64,000 nucleotides of DNA from the human T2T-CHM13v2.0 reference genome, Homo sapiens. Position numbers and translations under genes: made by a program. Positions within the stretch are counted from its first letter, which is position 1. Each line of letters opens with the position of its first letter. Positions 34,523-48,949 of this stretch are shown here, one piece after another. The stretch lies in NCBI RefSeq assembly GCF_009914755.1, contig NC_060926.1; one strand, 5' to 3'. The notes beneath the pieces were generated by a model that was not told the DNA's origin, ran no database searches, and saw only the letters and a program-made list of their open reading frames with translations.

Positions 34523-34556
<34 letters not shown>
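34523..34556. repeat. (CA)17 microsatellite
   Basis: Direct read. Confidence 0.97.
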
Positions 34557-34557
<1 letters not shown>

Positions 34558-36904
34558 CATATTCATGGGTAACTTTCTAACAGAATAAAATTACATTTCC
34601 ACAAAGCAATGACGTGAGGACAGTTTTCGGCGGTAGCGCACAATATATCACATTAGAAAATCCTCCGAATCACACACAAAAAAGCATTACACAGATTCTT
34701 TTTTTTTTTGCACAACTGTGAGTACTAGTATTTGTATTGAAAATAAAATAATAAAATTAAATTATCTAAATAACTAAGGACATTTATTTATAAATATTTT
34801 CATATTTACCATGGAGAGGTTTTATTTTTTCCATCTCGTCTCTCTTTGTGTCTTTGACTTATTTTTTTCTTTTTAATCAGAGGCATTATTAAGCCATTCT
34901 ATACAGCCTTCCACTTTTCTTGGGGCTGCTGTTGATACCCCTGAAGAAGTATCAGGAGAAATGCTAGGAAGGAGAAACATCGAATTTGTATTTATTTCTT
35001 GGAGACATGGTGGTGCTAAGGAAGCAGTAACTCTGCCTGATGGTTACTCATATTCCACTGGTTCACACTTTCTGTGCTAAGGGGATGGAAAAGGGGAATG
35101 GAGAGCTATGGTAGGGCTGCCTGTTTGCCACATTTTCCCTAAAGACAGGGTAAGTTATGAACATGCAAAGGCTATCCCTTCCCTAGGATAGAGTTAAAGT
35201 AAGAGATTGGGAAAAATGCTGGTGTTATGTTAAAAAAATTTAAAACGTGTACATCTCTCATCAAAATGTATTACTATGTGTTTATTTGTTCAAATGGTAA
35301 ATACATAAGCCCTCAGATTTAAATATTAAAACTCTAATTTGGGGGAAAATTTTTAATAAAAATAGATTTAATATTTTTAACAAAAGAACGCTGGTTGTAT
35401 TCCCAATGACAACAATAATGACTCTTATCTGGAATATAATCAATATCATGTTCTACTTTATTACATTTACATCTCTGCAAATCTATTCTGCATATACACA
35501 TATAAAATCTCTAGGAATTGTAATATTTCCAAACTATACAGTCAAGGAAATCAAGTTTCCTTTTAGTTATTTTTTCTGTAAAGAATCATTTACAATAAGA
35601 AGTTACCTTTGGAACACTCTATAGAAATATGACTACATGCACAAGTAAACCCCAATTGGTCCCTTTGTGCAGATAAAACTAAGATTCCTTTTATTCTCTT
35701 TCCCCAAATTGTTGTTGAATTTGTGCTCAAGGACTGATTGTGGGAAAAGTTGCATTCTCTGTCATAAAAATAAAAAGAAAATATAATAAAACAGTAATTG
35801 GTCAATGACAATTGAGGCAACAACTTTACTGTGCCAGTCAAACATGCATCATAACTGATCTTTGTACTCTGCTCAAGGTGCAGTGCTTTTCATAAAACAA
35901 ATCCTACCTTATAAAGTTATTATTTTACACCAGGCCTTTCATCCTCTGGTACACAAGGCTATAAGTTACATGGCTATTAAAGTGGCTCTTTTGTTCTATA
36001 GTACTGCCATCAATAAAAGGACACTGGTAGTAAAGGTGAAAATAGATAATCTCAGAAATAAAAAATGAGATGTTAATTTTATTGTTTTCAATACTGAGAA
36101 TATGAAAACATGCACATGATTAGTAAGAAATGGGTCACAGTAGGAGGAAAGGCAAGACTGACTTGCTGGTAATTACGCATTTAAACTTAGCCAACTCAGA
36201 TAAAGCTAGTTATTTGAGACATCATCCAAAAATTTGGCCACTGAGTTCACCTCTCCAGTTACTCTTCCTGCAAGTTTTCAAAGATTATTATTTAGGAATT
36301 ATTAGATCTCTCATAACACCACGCTCTGAAGGAAAGAGAGCTTAAGCTACCACCACAGCAATCACTGGCCTAGTTTCTTACCAGGTATCGCTATAAATTT
36401 TTAAATATTACTTGAGCAACTTTATTAGCTTTCTGCTTGAGAAACAACAGCATACACTTTCATTAAAGGATAGGACAAAAAATAAAAATTTTATAACGGG
36501 AAGCTGTTAATCTCAAAATCTTCTTTTTGGGCCACCACGACCTTAACAGACACAGTAAATGTCTCAGAAAACATGTAACTGGTTCACCTTTGAGAAATGA
36601 CCACAGAAGAAAAGTGTCTAATAATTAAATTTTCAATAATTTTTAGAATGGCAAGTTTTGAAAATAAATTAATCTCAGGAAGAAGCATACCATGAGTTAA
36701 CTGTTGTATTCTCTTAAATTTACAGAGTTGTTTTACACCTAAGTATAAATAAAATCTTATTTAATGAATACTGCTAAATAATAACATTTTAATTCTCATT
36801 GCCCAGTTCATTTTATGCACTTTTTAAGAAATCCATTTGTTTTCAATTTGGTGCTTCTGTGCACTTACTCAGCAAACATGTATTGATATGCACTATGTGA
36901 ATAA

Positions 36905-37140
36905 AGTAGTGTTTAAGGGGGCAAGTTCTATAGTTGGACTGACTGGGTTTAAATGATGGCTCTGCTGCTTACTACCTGTGAGTCCTGATGCAATTTATTT
37001 AACACCTCTGTGCTTTATTTTGGTGGTATTAGTACTTACTCCATAGGTTTGGCATAAAGTGTTAAATGAGATAACATGTAAAGCACATAACACAGCACGA
37101 GGCACATAGATAGGCAGCACTCAATAACAGTAGTATTTAC
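36905..37140 (+). mobile_element. MIR SINE
   Basis: gtagtgtttaag...ctgggtttaaatgatggctctgctgcttact...ttaaatgagataacatgtaaagcac. Confidence 0.75.
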
Positions 37141-37169
37141 CATCAAGACTGAGGTCGATAACAATGTTG

Positions 37170-38420
37170 ATGAGGGTGACTATGTGTCAGGCATTGTAAC
37201 AAGTTCATTGGAAGCTATAAAGGAGAAAGTTGTTTAATTTCAAAACACTCAAAGATATATAAATTCTGTTGCAATCATGAGTCAACTGATAAAGCAGTTG
37301 ACCCCTGCTGATTGCTTAAGGGTTTGTTCCTGAGGGCCTTCTGTGCATGAGGAAGCCTAAGCAAAGGTGAGCTGCAAGGAGCTTTAAAGCACATTCCCAT
37401 TTATGTCTGAGAATTGTAATCTCGGCAGCAATGTAGAGCATGTACTGAAGGGGAAAGAAAGAGGAAGCTATTAATAGTAGAATATTGGAAACCTATTAAA
37501 CCATCTAAGAGAGAGGTAGTGGGGATCTGGTACACACAGAAGACATTAGAAAATAAGACCGACAGGAAGTGTACCACCTGGATCTGAAGAGTGATTTAAG
37601 GTAATTCCTAGATTTCTAGCTGGTTATATGACATTGCTCTTCAGTTAAATAGAAGAAACACAGGTATAAGGGCAAAATGTGAATTTCATTCTGCACATAG
37701 GGGTAGACATCCAATGGGAAGTGAAAAAAAAACAGGAAGTAGGAAAGACAGAGAGAGAGGGAGAGAGAGAAACCCTAAGTACTGGATGATATGTCCTTCA
37801 CACACATTATCTCATTTAACATCACAATAATCCTGTATAGTCAGCATTAATATCACCATTTTCAGATGATAAAATCCAAGGTATCTGTGACTCCAAGCTG
37901 TGGTCCCAACCATGATGTTATTATTTGGTTCTGCAATAAATTTGAAACAGCTGGAAAAGTGAGTCTGACACACAGAAAAGAACTTAGTTCTAGCAATATA
38001 AATTTCCAAGTAAATGTGTAAGATTACCCAAAAAGGTGGTGGAAAAAAGAGAAAAAGAACTAGAAGTGGAAGCTTGAGGAACAATAGCACTTGGCAGATG
38101 AATAAAACAATAGTTGCTGATAGAAAGAGGGAGAAATGGTCAGAGAGGTAGAAGAGCAAGGGAGTGGTGTTTGGGTAGCCAAAAGGGGAGAGGAAGAGAA
38201 GATGTGGCTCAGGGGAGCAAGAGCAATTGAGATGCAGAAAAGAAAACATGCAGGAGGAAGTAGAAGTGAAACCAGGTTATATGCTATAACCTAAAGGTTA
38301 TATGCTATATTCTAAAGGAATAGAAGAGGTTGAAATGGGATGCATGAATGTAGAGTACTCTTTGACAAAGTTTGGCATGAGGAGATAGAGGAAATATGAG
38401 AGGTTTTGAGAGGTCACTGG
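37170..38420 (-). mobile_element. L2 relic with an embedded MIR piece
   Basis: tatgtgtcaggcattg start followed by purine-rich antisense L2-like sequence. Confidence 0.5.
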
Positions 38421-38599
38421 GTATAGCACAGAAAAAAAAAAAAAAAAGAAAGAAAAAAAAGATGAATTGACTTTCTTCATGCCAGACGCTGGCAGGGGAA
38501 GGATGGGGTCTGGCTGTTACACTGGGGTAAGGTTGGTCTGTGTGTCGAGAGGTGGTGTGGTGGGTAATGACTGCCACCTTAGAACAAGGGAAATTTTTT

Positions 38600-39990
38600 T
38601 TGAGTAAAAAGAGAACATTAGAGCTATGTTTTAGAATTCTTAATTCTTTCAAATTTTTAGAATTTAAAAATGTTTTGAGAAAAATGTGAGTAAAAATTAA
38701 GTCATTAAGAACACTTAAATCTCTCACTTGAAATAATCTTTGAAACAAGAAAGCATATCAAATTGTAATTATAGAATATTAAGAAAACAATTCTGTCAAT
38801 AACACTGTGCATTAGGTTGATCCATATGAAATTATCATTTTTGTTATCTCAAAACTGTCAACTATTGCCAATTTTATTGGTTCAACCTAACATAGCAATG
38901 TGTAAGATTTTTTACAAGTTATACTCAGGGAAAATTTCTTAGTTTTAAATACTTTTATCGTTAAATAAGAAAGAATAAAAATTAAACTGAAAAAGCTAAA
39001 AAGATATCAAAATTAACCCTAAGTATGAGGACAAAAACCAGAATATTAATAAATAAACTTTGAAAAAATAGAAAAGGTAGAGTTTGTTAATAAAGCTAAT
39101 AACTAGTTCTCTGTCTATAAAATAGACAAACCTCTGACAAGACCAATATAGGAAAAAAAGAGAAAAAAGTCAAATACATATAGTTTGGGAGTTAGGAGGA
39201 TGATTTCTGAAGTTAGCCTGGGATTGAAAGGAATACAGTCATAGTGATTTATGTGAGTTTCAGCAAGGCTATCTCAACATTGAAGGATCTGCTATTATCT
39301 TTATATGTTACTCCATCAAAGGAGAAAAATGTAACCATTGTAATAAATGCCTTGGTTTTCTCATTCAAAGACAGGAAATTGATAGCATCTAGCTCTTAGT
39401 GCCGTGGTAAAGATTGAAGAATATAATGTGTACACGGCATGACACGGTGCCTGGAAAATAGTATTATTACTCTTATAATTGTAATATTTTGTTATTATTA
39501 TTATAGAGAAGTAGGAAGATCTGATTAGAAATACAAAGACTTAAAAACTAACTGCTTTCTACATGAAGCTCTATTAATTTTTAAATCTCAATGAGTAAAT
39601 AATTTTAATAAATTAAAATTGCCAAAGTAATAAAAAAGTAGTCATTATAGAATAAATTTCTAAGCTTATCCATAATCATCAAAAATTTGTCAAGCCAAGA
39701 TGGTTTCACCAGCAAATTATTTGAAATCTTCAGGAGACAGACACTCATGGAACAATTAAACCCTGTTCTAATTGAACTGTTTTAGAATGTAAATAAAGAA
39801 TAAAATCTTCAAAATTTATTTTTCAAATTTAGCCTAATTCTTACCTGAAGTCTAAAAATGACAGCATAAAAATGAAAACTATGAACCAATTTCACTTATA
39901 ATAAATATAAAACTCCTAAACGAAAGTATAAGAATACTAGAAGGATTTTTTTCTAGGATTTAAAAGATGCATTGATATAAATTACACATA
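38600..39990 (+). mobile_element. Old L1ME-like ORF2 relic
   Basis: aaaatagacaaacctctgacaagac, ccaagatggtttcaccagcaaatt and aaactatgaaccaatttcacttat motifs. Confidence 0.6.
38812..38890. mobile_element. MADE2-like mariner MITE (79 bp)
   Basis: Terminal inverted repeats ttaggttgatccatatgaaatt / aattttattggttcaacctaa. Confidence 0.8.
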
Positions 39991-40382
39991 GAAGAAGAAA
40001 AACAAAACAAAACACACCTTTGTGGCCATATTAGCAACAGCATACCCATTTTACAAATATTTCTGTCCACTTCCTGCTTTTCCGTGGTTATTAAAATATT
40101 TCTCTATAGCTATATGGAAGCAGTCTATTGCCATTTCCTTTCTCACCCCTTTGGCTTTCTTTACCCTAGAGCTCTTTTTATCAGTGCCATGCATTTAAAA
40201 TCTTTCAGTTCAGTGAAGATTAAAGGCAGAATCATAGTCAAGCCAAATGGTCTTTCCCCACAAAGGCTATGGGGCCCCAGGGCAAATCATCCCTGGTTCA
40301 ATGCTTTCTATTCTTAACATTGCTGCTATAAGTGGTAAGTGAAAGCAAGTTAAAATAAAAAAAGGCAGGTGGGAGGGCAGGT

Positions 40383-40560
40383 GTATCAGTTTGAGTCTCC
40401 GCAGGATGCAAATGACACTAGCACACTGGATAATTTGAAGAGACTTTAACAAAGGGATTTCACATGGTGTAAACAAGTTACAATTGCATGAACAAGTTCA
40501 TGAAAATGAAGAAGGAATAACAAGCCCCTGAACTTGAAGAGGTAAGAAAGGGAGTTGGAT
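40383..40560 (-). mobile_element. ERVL-type LTR fragment (LTR33/LTR41-like) interrupted by MLT1C
   Basis: tgtatcagtttgagtctcc...ggataatttgaagagactttaacaaaggga. Confidence 0.45.
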
Positions 40561-40562
40561 AC

Positions 40563-40992
40563 ATACTGGGTTGAATAGTGTCCCATCTCCCAAATTGATG
40601 TCCACCTGGAACCTGTGAATGTGACTTTATTTGGAAATAGGGTCTTTGCAGATATAATCAAGTTCAGATGAGATCATAATGCATTAAGGTGGACCCTAAT
40701 ACAATGACTGGTGTCTTTATACGAGAAGAGGGAAATTTGGACACAGATACAGGAGAGAAGGCAGAGATGAGTGATCCAACTACAAGCCAAGGAATGTCAA
40801 GGATTGCCAGAGCCACCAGACAGTAGAACAGGCAAGAAAGAACTCTACCCAGAGTCTCAGAGAGAACATAACTCTGCTGACACCTTGATTTTGGACTTCC
40901 GGCCTCCAGAATTGTGAGAGAATAAATTTCTGTTGTCTTAAGTCACCCAGATTGTGGTATTTTGTTATGTCAGCCCTAGTAAAACTAATACA
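40563..40992 (+). mobile_element. MLT1C solo LTR
   Basis: gaatgtgactttatttggaaatagggtctttgcagat...aataaatttctgttg...aaactaataca; 5-bp TSD gatac at 40558-40562 and 40993-40997. Confidence 0.9.
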
Positions 40993-43239
40993 GATACCAA
41001 AGACATGGTGGAGGACAAACAGAACCTGTCCAGCGTGGCAGAGGAGTAGTGACAATGAGATGTATGCAGTGTGGGTCTAGCGTCTTCTTCAGTGTTTAGT
41101 GAGCCATCTGTCTCTCTTCTATTGACTGCCTCTTAGAAATGCTGTCCATTCAAAGCATGGCAACTCAGGCCTTCACCTTTCTGTGATATTGCTGTACCTT
41201 GACCATTGTTTTACTATTTGGACAACAGCTAGAATGGGGTGAGGGGATGGGGGGTGATATATCAGTCTGGACGATGCTCATACCTCTTCAAAAAAAGACA
41301 GAGGTGCTTTAGAATACAGCTGATATGCTGGCATGCACAAGGCAAACAAACAAATAAGCAAAAGATGCTGTATGATGAATGAAGGGAGAAAGTACAATAT
41401 GGCACTGCCCATTGAGAGAATAGGAAACTCAAGCATAGTACCCAGAGCCTGAAATAGAGAGATGCCCAGCTAATTTGTGTTCAGTGCATTCATGGGTGGC
41501 TGGATGTATGAACAGATGGATGAATGAATGAAGCGCTTATATAAACACAAGAACTACTCTACTTTTTTCTAGTCCTGAACACCAATTCCATTGCAAAGTT
41601 CTGAGTAGCAAATTCACAAAATCCTATTTCACTCATAAAAGAAAGATTTTTGAACATGTTTGACTAGGAATTTTATTCTAGTACAGAACTAAAATGAACC
41701 AGAAATTACATTTTAGTCCAGAGTGAAAATGTCAGAGAATAAATTATTTTTTGATTTAGACCATTTAACTTTGAAATAATTTTAGATGTTTAAAACCATT
41801 TTACTTAATTTAAAAAATATTTTACTTTTAAAAAGCACCTTATGTTTTTTGGGTAAATGGATATTTACTTTCCAGAAGTGAATTATAATGATTAGAACTG
41901 TTGCACTTTCACTTAGTGTTTGCCTGAAAAAATGAATTGTATCAGATATTTTTGAAAATCATGGACGTGGCAATTTCCAAAGAAATGCTTAAGACCACAG
42001 AATTGCGGCATCACCCCTGGTTTGACCTATGTATTGAGAACACCCAAAGGAATAGAAAAGGTTTCCCTTGGAAGATAACTTATTTTGAACAGATCTTGGG
42101 CACCATGCCCTTTGTACTGTTTGTTTCAGTATTCTTCATCCTGCCCCTCACATGCCTGGCACATAGTAGGTGCCTGGTAAGTGTGCACTGAGTTTAATCA
42201 AACTAATTTAGTGCATAGATCTTCAGAAGAAGCTGCCTTGCTTTTACCACTGTCTCTGCTTTCAGCCTTTAAACTCAAAACTTAAAGGGCAAAACATATA
42301 AATATACGCAAAGCTACTTGTGTTTTCATTTTACTCAAGGTATTTATATCATAAGGCATTTAGAGTCATCTGCAATGCTTTCTGAGACATTTAACTAGTA
42401 CTGCCTTGGTTTCTCACTAATTAAAAATCAAGTTATTAGAATATAAATCTACTGGCAACATATTTAGGCAAGCACAACACAGAGACAGTGTAAAATATAG
42501 GGAGGGGTCAGTGTTAATTTTTATGACTTTGAGACACTGAAAATAAGTTCCTCATTAAGAAAACATCTTGCTTCAAAGTGCAGTGGCTAGTCTCAGGGTC
42601 TCAAGACCCATAAAGTAATTACCCTGATGACATTTTTTTCTCTACAAAAATATCTTCCATGTTTCTGAACATCCATGAAGCAAACCTAGAGTCAAGAAAC
42701 AACAAAGGGTTACCAATATTACTGTTTATTGTTGCAGTGGGCTATAGGTAAGAAACAGATGAATAATTAACAAAGAGTTCCATCCTGTTAACCAGAAAGA
42801 GTGAAAGTACTGTGCACTGGGGTGAGGTACAGGTTATCCTGGCCCATTCAGAGAGCTGTAATGTCTTTTATCAGGCAGTGTTATTTCACCAGCCACTCCT
42901 AAAGATCATTCTGCCTGGTCTTGATGCTATCCAAGACACAAATATGGATTCAGCTAAAATCCAGGTATATATCCAGGTTGAAATTTCCTTTCAAGTTCTA
43001 GGTCCATGCCCTTAAGGGACCCACATAAGCTGAGAAATGAGTCAAACAAAGAATAGCTACAGAGCAGTTACCAAAGAGTTTATTCCCCTCCAAAGGTGAT
43101 TTTGCAGTGAGGTTCATCTCAGCCTAGGTCCTGGGGGTTTTGGACTAGGAATAGACTGGAGCTTCTAGTCTATTTATACAAGTGGAAGAATTGCATAGCT
43201 AGACTTAGAAGATAGTGTGTTAAATGTGTCTCAAGCATT

Positions 43240-44840
43240 TGTTTCCTTAAGAAACAGTTATTTAGCAATGACCATGTGATTCCTGGACCCTGGACCCTGG
43301 GAGTACAAAATTGGGTAAGACCATACTTCACAAAGCTCACAGTCAAGGCATATCTAGCCACTGAAATGTGATTGTCTCATTCCCAAAGGCTGGCTCAGGA
43401 GACTTGGAGAACACAGAGGAGCACCTAACTCACCTGGGCCTGGCATCACAGAGGGAGTAACACTTAGGCTGCATCTTGAAAGATAAGTAGCATGTGGCAG
43501 CACAGAGGAGGGTCAAGGACATATGAAGCATAAGAAAGAGTAAATGCTGAAGCATGAAGACATGAGAATGTGCAGCATGTCAAGAAAAGAAGTGGGTAGC
43601 TCATTATGGCTGGAGCTCCAGGTGCTTTGTGGAGGAGTGAGAGGGAAGGAGCCTGGTTAGGGAAGACGAGTTCAGATGATTCCATGCGTATAACACAAAA
43701 CTTGGGTTTTATATTGGAAAGGACAGGAAATATTGAATAGAATTTTGAACTAATTGAAATATATTAAGTAAGCACAAAACATAACCAGACTTGAGTTTCA
43801 GAAAAATTACTCTATTTGTGGAATATTGTCCATTTTAATACATAATACAATTAGCCAACTGGATTATGGAGCCCCATCCCTAGGTGCCATTTTTTCCTTT
43901 TGTCTTTCTCCTAATGTCCGAAATACATTCTAAGTTTAATCATTTTCTTCATTTCACTTTTCATCACCATAGTGCAAGCCATCGTCTCTTAACCTGGATT
44001 GTTGCAATAGCATCCTAACTCGCCTTTTTGATTCAGGCTTTGCTTACTTGCAATCCAGTCTCCTCAGGATAGCAAGAGTAAGCCTATTAAAAATTAAATT
44101 ACATGTTATATGATGCTACTTCCCTGTTTAAAAACTCTCCAATATCTTCCTATCACTCCTAGAATAAAATGCAGACTCCTTTCAAACGCCTCCAAAGCCA
44201 CATAATCTGCTGCCAGTCCACCTATCCGTCTCAGCCTATATGACACTTCACATTTTCTATGTTCTATCCTTGTGGGCTTGCTCTCTGTTCCAGCCTCATG
44301 CCCTTATTCATACTTGGAAGACTGTCTTCCCAGCCCTTCAATAGCTGGTTCATTTTCCCCATTCAAAACTCAGTTAAACGCTACAAATTCAAAATGCCTT
44401 TTTTAAAAAAGAATCCTCCCTTAATATCCGCCAGTCAGTATCACATCACTTTATTTTTTTCATTTGTAGTACTTAAAATCACCTGAAATTATCTAGTTTA
44501 TTTATTTGTCTTCTTGGTTATTATTGTCTCTGAGCATCAGAACAGAAGACCCACAACAACAAGGATCTGGTCTGTATCCTCAGTACCTAGAAACCACTAG
44601 GTACATAGTTAGTCCTTGATAAATATGTGTTGATTGAATCACAACTGGATGAAAAATGAAAACAAAAATCAATTTGGAGACTTTTGAAACAACCCAGGTG
44701 AAAGATGTAAGGGTTTGAATTTAAGCAGTAGGACTAAAGGTGGAGAGGAAGAAGTGGATCAGAGAGATGGTTGGCGGATGGAATTGATAAAACGTCATAA
44801 CCAGTTGGATGTGTTGAGAGGCAAAAAGTGAGGAAAGTGG
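43240..44840. mobile_element. L2 relics: a + strand copy (~43880-44640) inside a - strand copy
   Basis: agaataaaatgcagactcc and gtacatagttagtccttgataaatatgtgttgattga (+), flanked by antisense L2 motifs. Confidence 0.6.
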
Positions 44841-45575
44841 GAGGTATCCCCTTAGCACTGGAATGAGCCAGACATAAAGTGCCCTTTGGGTCTACCAGTT
44901 TAAAAGTTTGGAGCATTTCATTTTCTAAATAAAAGGATACACAGCATGTTCTGTTGAATGAGTGAAAGGATCATTCTAACAAAAGAGTTACTGCATTATT
45001 CATGTTACCTAGGAGAACTTACAAAATATGTATTAAAATTGCACTGAATGCCAGCACTGTGTAGGATATTATAAGGGATATGGCAGAAGTAAAAGATGCT
45101 GTCCCTGCCCTTTTTAAAGTTGTGGATTAAAATGAAGAATCATAAAACAATTAGAGAACAATCCAAGATAATATATTATCAATTTCGAAAATGCGTGATA
45201 CACCAGAGCTTCAGGAATCATAGATCAGGCACAACATTTTAATGTAATGCTGTTCTAGGGCAGAAAATTTCATTCTGATTTCACCTCAAATCCTTTCCTA
45301 TGGCCAAAAATGTTCTTAGCATAAGTGAGCTATCTTTTTGGGCTCCAAGAGGTATTGGCATTTTGAGAATTAATTCAAGAACTTTCAAAGGGGGAGTAGC
45401 ACAATTCATTCTTTCAAGCAGTCAGTGGATTTAATATTTTTAGACAAGTGCCAGATTGGAACAGTTTGTTCTAATGCTCCATGGATAGCATAGGCCCAGT
45501 TTCCAACAGGACAACTTAAAAAGAAAAACAAAACAAAACACACACAAAAAAGAAGAATGAATTGAAATTGCTTTA

Positions 45576-45946
<371 letters not shown>

Positions 45947-47587
45947 TTAGTTTCTCCCTACTAGACTGGAATTTCTTCCAGTATAAGCATGGTGGTACCT
46001 TCATTTCTTAAAAGATGTTTCATAGCTCAGCACAGATATCTGCTCAACGAAAATGTGATAAATGAGAAAAATACAAGCCATCAACACTAAGGAGAGTGTA
46101 TAGAAGATTTCTGTTTGTTATCTTCATGTTAAAATTGAAATTCCTGGGAGTATAATTAAATAGGCAATATGATTTTTGAAGATCTCTCTGATGTTGATGG
46201 GTCTGAATGGAAATCAGGTTATTTTTCATCATCACATAATCGGTGTCAATGCAAATGGCTTACTTGAAAAGCCGCTGGATTCTTTAAAAACAATGCAGTG
46301 GAGTTGGATGAAGGCCATTACAATTGTAGAGTCATGCTATAGAAATGTACTATTTCACTTGTGTTAGCTCATTTTTTTTTGTTTCCAAGTAACCCTGTAA
46401 GTTGACTTTCTACCAGCAATGGTCTCATTGAGTTTATTTGGCTCATAGAGAGTCATCATGAAGCTTGGGTTATATCCTGGCCTCTTCATTCCTTGCTTGT
46501 TTCATGCTAAATACTGTGGGCATTATTATATGTGCAATAGTGATTTGTGGGCATCAATAGCTTAGACGTAAACATCTTACAGTCACTTCAAAGCCTTATT
46601 GCTCTTCTAAAACTTGGAATCATAAAAGTATTATATAGCCTTCCACTGACAGTCAGTATTATGAACACTTACTGTACTGATAAAAATTTATATTTACTCT
46701 GTGCACTTGGCAGTCTCAGCCATGAACACTTCTGTTACAGAGCAGTGCCAAAACATATAAAGTTTAAGGCTTGACCAAGCACTAAAGCAGAAGCTTTCAC
46801 CCTGGAGACGACTGCATGGGAGAATTAAGAAAACACCTTAATATTGTATCAAAAGCATCTCCCACCCTGCTAATTAAAATCAAGTTGAAATAATAAACAA
46901 TTGCATTAATGTATTTCCAATAACCAATAGGTTTATTTTAGGTCCAAATTTGAGTTAATTTTGCAGGTTTTAATGACAAAATCCTGCAAAGAATGGACTC
47001 ATTAAAAACCTAATATATAATTGATACTCTAAAGAATCACACAAGTAATTCAAAAGTAGGGAATAAAGAGCTTCACCTATGTATGGTTTATACCATGCTA
47101 AATCCTTTACACATGGTATCTCTTTTAGTCCTTAAAACAGCCCAGTGAGGTTGGTATTATTATTTGCATGTTAAAGATTAGAAAACCAAGGTTTAGGAAA
47201 GTTAAGTAAGTTCTTAAGAGCTGAATCAATGCTTCTCCAACTCTGATTTCTTAACTCCCACATAAGTGAGAAAACTCATACAGTTACAGTTTGCCATCAG
47301 ATACTGAAAAACCTACTAATAGTCACATTGAAAGATCTTGACTTTCTGGACAAAGACAAAGGAATATGGCCCTTAAAATAATGAAAAATCCAGAACTTGG
47401 AGGAATAAAGATAGCAGTAGCAAGTGACCCAAGGCAACACCATCAGTGTTTACCAGAAATAGAAGCATCAGTGAGCAATCAATGAGTTTGAAGGAATCAA
47501 CAGTGAGATACAGAACAGGAAACCTAGATACTTAGCTGGAAAAAAATCATTCAAGTATATGTGAATGTTGAAACCCATGCTGTCTAT

Positions 47588-47795
47588 CTGTGGTTCTCAA
47601 ACTCTCTGATCTAACACTCTACTCTTACAACAAATACTTTGTAAATCTCCTTTACCACTATGAAATAAAATTCAGAGATAATATAACAGAACTTTAAAAA
47701 ATTGCTGTAAAATAAGGAAGAAATAAAAAACAGTATATAACTAAACAATGTGTTTCAATATGTAAATACCTAGGGACCTCTACTCTAGAAGACAA
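47588..47795. mobile_element. hAT-Charlie-like fragment
   Basis: Begins ctgtggttctcaaact (hAT TIR-like), followed by an AT-rich body. Confidence 0.4.
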
Positions 47796-48399
47796 ATCCA
47801 CTCCCCTGCATTTCCAAACTGTCCCTAGGGAAGGTCCCTCGAAATCCACTAGGTGAGATAGAGCCAGATATGTAAGCATGGGCTTTTACCTTTACTCAAA
47901 GGTAATGGAAGGAGCAGTATTTAGGGCTTGCTGCCCTGTCCCTTTACTTTCAAGGAAGTTACTGGTTTAGAGGTAGAGTTGAGGTGGCAATCAATGGGAA
48001 CCATGGTTCCCAAGATGGATATCTCTAATGGGAAAATACGCACAGTTGAGAAGTTAGAGGGAGAGGGGTGAATTGGCCCAAAGTTACCCCATACCTACTC
48101 TTCAGGAGAACTTGGGGGACTTTTTCCCGAAGGCTATAGATATCCATGGGGCCTCTAAGTCCCTCTTCAGGATCACTCCCTGATGGAAGCAGAGCATCCA
48201 GATTCAGTGGGAAGTTCATGGTGCAAAGGAACACCTTTCCCTCTAATCTCGTCTCTAAATCAATTGTGCATCCTTCAGTATAAAAAGCAGTTGTGATTAA
48301 TGCACCATAAGCTGTGCAGGGCAAAGAGGGTGAAGGATCTGCATGACCCTAGCACAGGCTTTCGGTAATACCCAGAGCACGAGATTTTGTAACTCTTAA

Positions 48400-48575
48400 A
48401 TCACCTCCACTTTGACTGACCATATATATCTAATTGAAGCCTGTCAAATTCCTTCTTAAACCTGGCACCATGTCAATGACCTTCTGGCAATGGTCTCAGT
48501 GGGGTGACGTGTACAATGAAAGGAAGTATTTCCTTTTATTGGTTCTAAATTTACTAGCCTTTAGCTTCATTGAAT
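48400..48575 (-). mobile_element. CR1/L3-like ancient LINE fragment
   Basis: gaaaggaagtatttccttttattggttctaaatttactagcctttagcttcattg resembles antisense CR1. Confidence 0.45.
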
Positions 48576-48949
48576 TAAATTACGGCACAGGGTTAACATT
48601 ATAGTTATAACTGACATTTATAAACTGCATTCCATTCATTAATCCTGAAATGCTATGCAAACTGATTTAACAAAATTAAATGTACAGATGTGCACTATTT
48701 TAGGCTTTCTGATGGCTCTCTGGATACTTACAGGACTCCTTCAGTTTGAGAAATGCAGTATTGAGTATTACCTGCATTTTTAATCCCTGCCTTCCAGAAC
48801 TTTTTATTTTTTTTTTTGTCTACAGTTGGTATAGTTTCCTAAAAGCTTCAGATTCTTTCCCTGACTTGGGCAGAGGAAACCATTTGCCATTGCTGTGGCT
48901 GGTCAGCAATCCTGTGGGTTCCAGCAATATTCTACCTTATCTCCACATG

